A DNA stretch of 63,761 nt from Gnetum montanum. Taxonomy: Eukaryota > Plantae > Gnetophyta. The first letter of the stretch is position 1. Each line of letters opens with the position of its first letter. A model generated the notes under the pieces. The model was given only the letters and a program-made list of their open reading frames with translations. It did not search any database and was not told the origin of the DNA. The position numbers and the translations under genes were made by a program. Shown in pieces: positions 13,520-23,775 of the stretch. The stretch spans positions 4,766 to 68,526 of the forward strand of contig MNCI01002786.1 of NCBI GenBank assembly GCA_015680685.1, read 5' to 3'.

Positions 13520-16500
13520 ATGTCTAATGCTAAATTTAAAGTTGATGATGAGGGACTCCATGAGGAGACAAGGGCTCTTGCTTTGACCTGTACCATGCTA
13601 GAGGTATTCTTCTTTAGTCCAAAATTTCAGGAGGAAGTTATAGAATAGGTGGGAGAGGACTTGGAAAACTACCCCACCTAGTAACCAAAGGCATTCAAGT
13701 GGTTCTAGAGCTATGATTGGCTTGGCAAGGGATGGGCTAGTGGTAAGCCTATCTCCGGAGAGCTTGTTGTGCCACCACTTGCATCACTTACACCATTTGT
13801 TCCATGTGAGTATTTGTTATGTTGGCTTAACTTTTATTGCTTGTTTTCACGCACATGTTGATTGCATGGTGCTAACGTTGCATTTTCCTACATTACAATT
13901 ATCATTGCTTCAGGAGAGGTGATAGTGGTCATCACTAGCCATAATGAGACCACCCTCATCATGAAGTACAGTTATGTGGATGGGGCATAGGAGTGGCTAT
14001 GCCATCAGGCCTTAGAGGCTTTAACTAGCCGACTTGCACATGCTGGGTGATGGACGTTTTCCTGGCCCTTAGGCCAAGTACACTAGTGGTCGAGATGGTA
14101 ACTATCATTGACTCCTTTAGCTATGATGCTCGTTGTGTTGTTACTTGTGTGCACAGAGTGAAGGTAGTCTTGGACATCAACAATGCCTTCTTTGCTGACT
14201 TCTTTGGTCTTCCTTCTATGGGCCCATCAATCATTCATAGGTCCAACCAAGAGGCAAACTAGAGAGAGGAGATTGAGGAGTGACTAGGGACCACCTACTC
14301 TCATAAATGCATCATGGTTGGGAACATGCATGTGCTTGAGGTTCGAAGGCTTTGCCCTCTTTTTCATGCTTGTGCCTTTCCTAAGTTGCTCTCCCAAGGA
14401 AAGTTCATTAGAGTGGAGCAAGCGTGAGTGATGTGGAAGGTTATAGAGGAGGGCACCAGGTTTAACTAGGCCTCTTCTATAACTATCAAATTATAGGTAG
14501 AGATTATCAGGCTTCGCGACAACATCCATGCAAGATCTCATTTTCACTTCACATTCTTTATAGATTATCTGCGAAGGCTTATGGAGTTCCTGGTGATCAA
14601 GGATAGTGGGCATTGGGTCATGCAAGAATGAGAGCAGCTATCCAAGCCATGGATTAAGCATTTTTTCACCACTACTCGTGTGTAGGAACCCCCAAAGGAG
14701 ATTGAGGGATCATGTTTAGTTACAATGAAGGCACATCTAGGGAGGTCATAGTCATCATATTCCCATGACAGTGCATGCGAGTATCCACCAATAGTTGTTG
14801 GGGATGTGAAGAGGGTGGAGTGGTATATTAGGGAGATAGTGGGGCCCTCCAAGGAAAAAATCAAGAGGTCATGCCTAACAGAGGAAACTCCCCCTACAGT
14901 TGGACAAGCAGGCATTAAGAAAGTCCACCTCAAGATACCCACACTCCATTTAGTGGTTGTAGGTTAGTGCACATCATAGATGCATTTGGCTTATATTTTT
15001 TTTTTGTTTTTTGGTTTATTATGCTATGCTAATACTACTACACTATGTGAGATAGGTAAGAGGGCTACTAAAGAAGCAGTAGTGGCAACAATGGGAGCAA
15101 TAGACACGACCCCTTCTCAAGTTGAAGAGAAGGTATCTTGTATGGGAGAGCCACTAGAGGCCCCTGAGATCTCCTACCAGTTTGATGTGGAGGGGCTATT
15201 CCACCCTGAGGTTGACTTCGCTAACCTCTTCGACGGTGTGCAACTAGGAGACCCACCCACACTGAGATTTGAGGGCTTGCTTGGTAAGTAGTTTGTGTTA
15301 CCATCTACTTTTTCCTTTTGCTCTTAAGCCTTTAACTGCTTAATTATCAATAAGTGTTGCATTGTGTTTGTATTGTAGTATTAGACCTTCCTACCAGTGA
15401 TCGATCACCAATACTTGCCCATTGCATGAAGCCATGGGCAGAGACACCAGATAAATTGACTTTCATGGAAGGCATCATGGAGGACATGGTGGATTGAATA
15501 CAGTAAGAAGATCCTAAAGTTGGTATGCACATCATTTTTCTTGAACTATTTTACCAATTCTATAGCTTAGCCTATTGCTAATATTGGTTTGTTCAATGTA
15601 TGCTAACAAGCTCTAAGCTTCACTGGGATCCAAATCAAGTAGCTCACATGGATGCCATTCTTGAGTATCCCCTAAGGTGGAGCAGGTGCCTCATCATGTG
15701 TATGAGGTGGTGAGTAAGTGCACACTTTCCAATGCAAAGGCATTGTGGACCTATAGGCACTTGAATGAGCACCTATGGAAACACATGCATGAGCTTCAAG
15801 AGGTAGTGGCAAGCTTGACCACAAAGAACAAGGACCTCCAATCCTATTATGGTTTCTTGTTAGCTTAGGCATAGAAGGATGGTACCTGGCAGACATTAGA
15901 GATATATTGTGCTAGGTACTAGTTGGAAATCCAAGGTAAGAATGAGGCTACCTAAGAGATCATCGAGTAGAGGTTGCAGATGGATCTGCTCTCCTAGAAG
16001 AATGAGGAGTGGAAGAGCTGCAACGCCAAGGTGTACAAATGGGTGCATATGTAGAAGGACCATAAGCACCACTAAAAGTGGGAGTAGGATGCCTATTTAC
16101 AGTAGCTTAAGGATGAGTTTGTGAAGGCTCATCGCCTATAGATGTTTATTGAGATGATTGGCAGGAGTTGGGCCTTTGAGCTATTTGCCCAGCATAGAGT
16201 GGTTAATGGTTCCCTAGAGTAAGATATTACCTTGCCCTCAAGGGAGACTTCTATAGCCACCTTTTCTATGTAGCCTCTTGCATGGACTACTATGGATGAG
16301 GAAAAAATCCTTGCAAATGCTAACCTTGGCCATGAGGATTGGACATGGTTATTATAGGTCAAGAACCTCTGACACTTGGAGGAAGGCCCTGATAGATTTC
16401 CTCTAGAGTCTAATGTAGGACCCTCTTGGGTTAGTTTCAATTTTTCCTTTTATGCTTTTTTATGTATCAGCTTTGCATGTTAATTTTTTAATTGTAGTTT

Positions 16501-16628
16501 TGCACTTGCTAATTAATTTTTTGTTTTGCATTGTTTTAAGACAAGCACCAAGTGATAGTGTAGGCCCTAGTGGAGTAGTAGAGGAGGAGGAGGAGGAACC
16601 TCAATCCCCACCAAACACTATCGGTTGA
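13520..16628 (+). pseudogene. Antisense multi-exon gene nested in the B1 PR-RT intron (~870 codons; TE-associated domain, probable coiled coil, acidic tail)
   Basis: Exons ~13520-13805, 13899-14962, 15056-15283, 15379-15522, 15610-16414, 16545-16628. They are separated by 87-130 bp T-rich introns that keep frame. Some acceptors have decayed to AA in one copy. Colinear in B2. Confidence 0.8.
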
Positions 16629-16839
16629 GCTAACTTGATGTAGCCCTGCTATTGGGAAATTTTGTACTTTGGCCTTTTTTTCTGGCCCATGGTCATGCTA
16701 TGTACTCCTACTGATAGAGATATAATAACACTTATGCTTTTTGCAATGAGGATTATGTGTGAAACTTCATATTTATTTTGTTACCTATTTAATGCAAATA
16801 ATGTAATTAGTTGATGTGATTAGGCCCCTTGTGAACCCC

Positions 16840-17215
16840 CTGTCAGTTTAAGGTCATGGTAGAAGGGCCATTGCTAGTTTAAGGCCATTTTGAGCCATGG
16901 TGATTGCTAGTTTAAGGCCATTTTAAGCCATGAATAAAAGGGAAGATGTTGCCAGTTTTCAGCCATGGCAAGTCACAAAGTTGTCAATTTAAGGCCATGG
17001 TAGGCCATGTAGTGAAAGAAAGATGTTGCCAGTTTTAGGCTATGGCAAGCCATAAGGTTGCTAGTTTAAGGCCATGGTAGGCTGTGTAGTGAAAGAAAGA
17101 TATTGCTAGTTTCAGGCCATGGTAGGCCATGCACTAGTTTAAGGCCTTTGCCATCCATGGGCTAGTTTAAGGCCTTTTCAGGCCATGCATTAGTTTAAGG
17201 CCTTTTCAGGCTACA
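16840..17215. repeat. Tandem motif array near the donor end of the B1 intron
   Basis: About a dozen copies of GC(T/C)AGTTT(A/T)AGGCCATGG(T/C)AGGCC with variable linkers. Confidence 0.9.
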
Positions 17216-17493
17216 TGTTTTGTTCTTTTTTTTTTTGCAATTTTAGTTTTATAATTTTTATGTATTTTTTAATGTCTTGTTAATGTGTAAAAGACTAAAT
17301 GAAAATGCATAAGCAAAAGAGGTGAATGTGCAACAAAGAGAATAATGCAAAATGCAAGCAACCATGTGGAACATAAATATGCAAGAAAAAGGTTAATGGG
17401 GCTAATGGGGCATGCAAAAAAAATTGAGGGCAAGCAAGCACCTAACATATGCTACACTAAGGGAGTACCTTAGCCATGTAGTTGCTTCCTAAC

Positions 17494-18901
17494 CTGATGT
17501 GGATTAAGGGGTGCATAAGGCCTAGGCAGCACGAGGTGGTATTCACCTATACCTTCATCATTGATGCTAAAGGGAAATTCTACTTATAAAGCTTTCTTGG
17601 GGAGGGTATCAGCCTCTTTTGGCTCTTCAAATGGGTCTACTAGACAAGGTTGACTCTTGTCCTCCATGGGTGGTGTATCATTAGGGAACTCTACCTCCAA
17701 CCCTTGGTCCACATCAACATTGTTGATGGTTGGAGGGACTAAGTTGTTACCATATATGATCACTTCTCCACCTTTGTGTGGAAGGTGGATCTCTTGATGA
17801 ATGGGGTGAGGAGATGGCCCATAATTGGGCTAGCTAAGGCCTTCCCAAAATCAGGTTGAACCTAGGCATCTCCTCGATGATAATGAATTCGGCAGTAGTG
17901 GGGAATTGCTCCCTTGCCACGAAGGCTATTGTGATTGTTTCCTTCATGACAACCTGTGACCCAATAAAGGACTTGAGGCATGTTATCTTTGTGGTCTAGA
18001 TTTGGTTGGCTAGATCAAGTTTGTTAATGACTATGAACGAGATGATACTGGTCACCACCTTGTCATTAACATGCACCCTGCGAATCTTACATTATTCTAC
18101 ACGAATGGTTATAAACATCGATGCAGTGATGACTTAATGCTTTTCAGGGTCTACCTTGATTACCTCATCATAAAATGCTAGAGGCATTGGACCCAATTTT
18201 TGAGGCAAAGGAAGAAGCATCATAGCATGGATGGCTTGTTCATCCATTAGAATGTCCTCTTTGATAGGAATGGAGGCCAACATGCAAAATAGTGCTTTGT
18301 GATGAGCAAAGGAGATCATCACCAAGTCGTATAGGCTCAAGGTTGCATTTTTTTATTTAAGAGCTTACTTAACTTGTGCCAACGCATCGAGAAAGTCCTT
18401 ACCATTGTCAGTTACCTTGTTAGCCTTCATCTCCTCCATGCAGTCCAAAAGGTAAATCTCTTAGGGAGGAGATTTGGGCTTATTTTTTTTACTTGCCTGT
18501 GAGCCTCAGTGCCCAAGTGTTGATCAATTGTGGTAGTGGCTTTGGCTAATGTGGCCATAGGAATAGTAGACAAGGGGATAGACTTAGGCAGACCTAATGT
18601 CATGCATTCCCTCATCATTTAGTTGATGAGGTGCTCATTTGGCCTCCCAGGCTATCACCTTGATTACTTCGTGTTGTATGTGGGATGAGGCCTTGGGAGA
18701 GTAGGGTCTATTGCAATCCCCACCATTGAACTCAATGAAGGGTCTATACATTATGACATCCTAATGACAAAGGGTTTTTGGGTTGTAGCCACCGCAACGT
18801 GCTATGATGCCCTAACCACGAAGGGTGTCATGGATGCCTGACTTGGTGCTCTGATGAAAAAAGAAGTCCTTAGACTACTTGATGTTGAAGAGGCTCCAAT
18901 G
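17494..18901 (-). pseudogene. B1 gag C-terminus and aspartic protease
   Basis: Motifs LSLYDLV, RVHVND (degenerate catalytic region), FNLILGRP and GIGEY. Aligns with B2 51369-52780. Confidence 0.8.
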
Positions 18902-18906
18902 CTATC

Positions 18907-19847
18907 TGATGAGATGCGATATCGCATGCACCGCAATATCGTGGCCATCGCAATATCACGTCGTCCCCTACGATATCGCGGTCCATCGTCAAATCTATAA
19001 ATAAGAGGTGGCACTCCCCTTATTTCCCATCCTAGGCTTAAAGTAGGGAAACTCTGGTAGTTTGATCACTCCAGAGATAGAATATTTTCCATGTGCCCGC
19101 AGTAGGAGTCCCCAAGTGAACAGATCTTTATTCGAGCAGCTTTGTACCTGAACGTAAGTTATGTATGGCAATAAATACAAGCTTTGCAGATAAACCTTAT
19201 AGTGCATGGAATAGGATTTATTACTTGTTATTTATTACTTGCATTACCACGGCATGAGTATGACTTGATTATGAGCATTGAAGAATGTGTACGGCTAATC
19301 AAGGAATCGACTACTCATCGCAATTAGTCTCTCTCACCCTCAACTCCTAGAACATGGGATGAGTATGACTTAATTACGAGCATCTACGGATATGTACGAC
19401 TAGTCAAGGAATTGGCTGCTCATCATGTTTAGGCTAGTTAAGTGCCTCAGTACGACCACTTTGAGCACGTGCATTACGTGTGGTGATCCTAGTAACGATT
19501 AGCGTTTGGTAGCCACAATTGCATAGTTCAGGGTGTGTACGGTAAGTGGGAATGGATGCTGATGCTAGTTAATTTAGACTTAGAGCTTAGTTAGAGTTAG
19601 TTAGTTTCTCAACCCTTCACTCTTAGCATAGAAGACATAAAACCATAAAAGACCATAAAAATCATATTCCTTGGACTTATTTAACCATACACCGTGACAA
19701 CTACAAGTAAGTCTGGAAAGACAACGAATGATTAACCCCAAGTGTTCCATGGGGAATTTAGGCATTTAGTCTACGGAGTTCGACCAGATCGCACATGCTA
19801 CGCTCGTTTCGTATGGTTGAGTGTAGGGGGTACCTTGCCACTCATCA
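18907..19847 (+). repeat. 5' LTR of C
   Basis: Direct repeat of 25390-26320, with CTATAAATA near 18995. Confidence 0.95.
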
Positions 19848-19848
19848 T

Positions 19849-19866
19849 TGGCACCGTTGCCGAGGA
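19849..19866 (+). promoter_or_regulatory. Primer-binding site of C (tRNA-Asp)
   Basis: TGGCACCGTTGCCGAGGA differs by two G>A changes from the complement of the plant tRNA-Asp 3' end (TGGCGCCGTTGCCGGGGA). Confidence 0.9.
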
Positions 19867-19989
19867 CTAAGTGTTTGTGTGCCGAATAGAACATAAGGGA
19901 TATCACTCACATTGTTGTGAGCCTTAACTAACCTTTGGGTTAATCAAGATAAAAATTTATATAACGGTGAATTAGCACACTGATAAAAA

Positions 19990-22900
19990 TTCCTTCTTCT
20001 CATAAGAGCAAATCACCACCTAAGGATCATACACGAGACAGTCGGCAACATAAAACACATAACCAAAATTAGCCAAGTCCTAAACAACACAAGATAGTTT
20101 ATACTCATCCCGATGAGTATATTCCTAATTTTACTTTTATTGTCCATTAGGACGAGCAGCTGCAGTGGAGAGATTTGCAAGGTAACATTGTGTTACCCCC
20201 AGATCGATCAATCTCTCACATGATTTTCCGTGCCTTGGCATAGATAGGCATTACTGAACTTTACACTGAATACATTGTGAAAGATTTCAACTTGAGGGAT
20301 TATTATCCCATAGATGCCCAACGTATGAGAGACTTAAGGTAGGAGAGTCAACATGTACTATTGAAGGGCAAGGTCCTGCACATCCTTAGCGAAATAGGAG
20401 ATGAGGAACCCCTTATCACGGGTGCTTTAGCAAATGATGTTTTCCCTCCTGACGATGATGAGGAGGTTGGGTATCAAAACCTACGATCAACGATACATAA
20501 CACTGGTTCTGATGCCCGTGAACACCAATTGTTCATAGAGGGAACAACCACTTATGCTAAGGACGGGCACTTAGATCGTCACCACGATCGGGGCTGTAGC
20601 AGCTAAAGAGAAGGCAAGAAACATTGTCATGGCGATGGTTCCCTTCTTCTTCCCCTTCTTCACATCAATCATCCTCTCCTTCCACATCTGGGAGCAGCCA
20701 CCATGAACATAAAGGTGAGGATAAAAGTAAGAAGGACGAAATACCTCAACGGGAAAGTCGAGAGAGAGGACAAGGGCAAGGACATAGGGAGAGTAGGGAA
20801 CAATGCAGACATCACAGGCATCATGAAAGAGATAATCATGATGAGCCCCTACTCACAACCCAAAGCATTCTTGACATAGCGGAGGCAGTTAGGATTCCCA
20901 CAAGGCATTTAAAAGATAGTCGGATCAAACATTTAGACATGAACAACATCCCACGATTTGAAGGGGGATACAATGCTGATCTGCAAAATCATTTACAGGC
21001 ATTCCACGATGCCTGTGCCTTGCAGAATATAGAAAATGAGTGGAAAAAACTTAAGTTGTTCCTGAGGATACTCACCAAAGAAGTAGAGAGTTGGTACCGG
21101 TCCTTAGAACCAGAAACCATCAAGAGGTGGAGTACGATGCTAGAACTGTTCAACGATAAGTATCAAACGTACTCCAGAGTGTCTAATTTTCATAAGCAGA
21201 TCCAAGGCTGGAAGCAAGGTACATATGAACTCTTGGATGTTGCCATGGCCCACTACTACACATTGTTACATCGTTGCCAGGGCCATTGGTACGCTCAGCA
21301 GGATCAACTTCGCCACATCGTGGATGGGCTAAGGCCTGAAACTAGAAGAACCCTGGGAATTTACGTCCAAGGGAGACTCTCACAACTTAGAGCCCATGAA
21401 ATACATAGCTTGTTGGAATAAGTAGCAAAAGAAGAGGGTGAGCTATGTAAAAGGAAAAGTGCAGAAGAGTATAACCGCAATCCCTCCCTTTGAAAGAAGG
21501 GTGTGAAATTTTGTGATGAAGAGGATGAGTCACCAATCGAAGAATTGGTGAACCGGAAAACCTTGCCTATCCAAAAACTCACAACCGAAATAGTGGATAA
21601 GATAGATGATGTATGGAGTTCCTTAGACTCTAAAATTAAAACTGTGTTAAAAATTGTAGAAGAGTCTAAGGTAGAATAAAGTAGTAACAAAGGTAAGAAA
21701 AAGTGGAGAGATTTAGGCCCTACACATAACAAGGGTAAGGGAAAAATCACTAACTCTGATGTGGTTGAGGACTTTGACATAGAAGATGATGGTGGATGTG
21801 AGATCTGCCACTATGACCATCCTAAGGGATGTTGTCCAATTATCTCATATTTATAGGAGTCTGGGGTGTATGCACTTAATCCAAGACTCAACCAACGGCA
21901 AGCACCCGGAAGGTTACCTTATCCACAAGGTAACCCAAGGCAGTTCCACCAACCCTTAACATATTATCCAAGTGGAAGTCCACCACAGCCCATCGGACAG
22001 CATCAACAGTGGAAATACCCACAGTCATGGGGGATGCCATCGCCAAAACATCAATACCCTTACCGGAAATCTGATCCTTATGGATATTATGTGAAGCAGC
22101 CAATTTCTCCAAGTGACTCTATGAGTCACACAACCCCCAACCGTCACTACCAAGTTTGGGAGTACTTCAGAAGGACTCCCTCTCCTCCGGGAGACACTCC
22201 ATACCCACACCATCCTCCTAATCCATCCGCACCTCTTCCACCACAAGTACTTACCATAACACCTCTTGCTCCAATAATGCAAGGGAAACTTCCTCCTCAA
22301 CTGTAGCAACGTCACGCTACGAGAGTTGTAAATATCCAACCTGTTGCTAGTTCTAACAACTGTAAAAAGAGAAGACCTTACTTCAGAACCAAAAGCCCAG
22401 ACAAACTCTCGCAACAACAAGCGGTTGAGGCCATGTACACTCCTCCATCACCATCTAACACTTCGGAGCACCCTTCCATCCAAAATCAAAGCTTAACGCA
22501 TACGGTTATGTTAACGCATACCGTAACTGACTGGATCAAGGTGGGCCACCTTCCCAGGAAACTAACTAACCCTACGAGTCTCTTAATCTATTTACAGATC
22601 ACCAGAAATGAACCACATAGGGCTCTTCTTAACTCAGGTTCCGAAGTTAACTTAGTTTCATGAGAGATGTATCACATTTGGAACTTGCCCCAACTTAAGA
22701 AGAGCAACATTCAACTAAAGTTAGCAGACCAGTCCATCACCATTCCCTTGGGATTGGTGGAGGACATCATTACCACTGTGTGTGGTTGGTCTTACCCAGC
22801 TGATTTCCTGGTGATTGAAGTTAACAATAACAAAGGAGACTTCCCAATTATAATGGGAAGGGCATGGCTTAGTACAATAGACGCATGTCTTAGGACCTGC

Positions 22901-23200
22901 GATCTTTCCTTAGAAATTTCTAGGATAAACATATGTGAAAAGATCAAGAAGAGGAAAGTTCCATGCATCACATACAATGATTCATTGGGTGATGACATGG
23001 AGGAAATGCCTCCATGTAATAGGTGTGCTCTTGAAGCATTGAAAAAAATATGCCTGTATGTAGTAACCACACAACCAGTAGTAGACACCCCATGGTTGAC
23101 AGCTACTCGAAGGAACAACCAAATATGCATGGAACGAACTGAGGAAAACCATGCCAACAACAAAGGCATAGACACATTAGAATATGAGTGTCACCAACTT
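19990..23200 (+). pseudogene. gag: gag-protease of C
   Basis: Capsid-like region IPRFEGGYNADLQNHLQAF...KLKLF..L...VESWYRSL, CEICHYDHPKGCCP knuckle, Pro-rich spacer, and protease ALLNSGSEVNL...LKLADQS..PLGLVED...ADFLV...PIIMGRAWL. Confidence 0.9.
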
Positions 23201-23432
23201 TCACCCCTTAATCTAAGATCATCATTTGGGAGAAGTTGGACACTTTTAAGAAACTCAAATAGGTGCTCATTATTTCGGATCTCTCCCTTTCCACTCAGTC
23301 ATGGGGGAGATGGCCACCTATGCTAATCATATGGGGCCGTCAGTTCTTTTTCGATTTTTGTTTTACAAAATTTTTGTCTTACACATTTTTATTTTACAAA
23401 TTTCTTTAACTTTTCTAATTTTTGTTTTACAA

Positions 23433-23775
23433 NNNNNNNNNNNNNNNNNNNNNNNNNNNNNNNNNNNNNNNNNNNNNNNNNNNNNNNNNNNNNNNNNNNN
23501 NNNNNNNNNNNNNNNNNNNNNNNNNNNNNNNNNNNNNNNNNNNNNNNNNNNNNNNNNNNNNNNNNNNNNNNNNNNNNNNNNNNNNNNNNNNNNNNNNNNN
23601 NNNNNNNNNNNNNNNNNNNNNNNNNNNNNNNNNNNNNNNNNNNNNNNNNNNNNNNNNNNNNNNNNNNNNNNNNNNNNNNNNNNNNNNNNNNNNNNNNNNN
23701 NNNNNNNNNNNNNNNNNNNNNNNNNNNNNNNNNNNNNNNNNNNNNNNNNNNNNNNNNNNNNNNNNNNNNNNNNNN
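23433..23775. other. Assembly gap
   Basis: Run of N. Confidence 1.

Larger units (their letters stand above)
10692..17493 (-). other. Predicted 6.8-kb intron between protease and RT (B1)
   Basis: Phase-0 donor CAG|GTTAGG at 17493 and acceptor TTTTGGTTGTTTTGCAG|GAT at 10692 join ...NPHQ to DMSRD..., the frame that runs into RT. The same sites are present in B2. Confidence 0.75.

Noticed and set aside
13520-16628. Nested gene as an ordinary host gene at this locus
   Set aside because: It sits at the same position inside two independent insertions and has decayed along with them.
16840-17215. Repeat-plus-variable-linker array near a reverse transcriptase, superficially CRISPR-like
   Set aside because: Linkers are short, irregular and related to each other, there are no cas genes, and the context is a plant retrotransposon.
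17461-17472. Alternative donor AAG|GTAC at 17468 for the PR-RT intron
   Set aside because: It lies after the shared TAA and is out of phase with the RT frame, so it could not yield Gag-Pol.
18995-19207. 70-aa minus-strand ORF repeated at 25455-25667
   Set aside because: It only reflects C's LTR duplication and has no recognisable motif.
19849-19866. tRNA genes
   Set aside because: Only 12-18 nt complementary to tRNA 3' ends next to LTRs, i.e. primer-binding sites.
21361-23175. Minus-strand ORFs of 74-139 aa over C's gag-protease
   Set aside because: They are antisense shadows of the coding strand.
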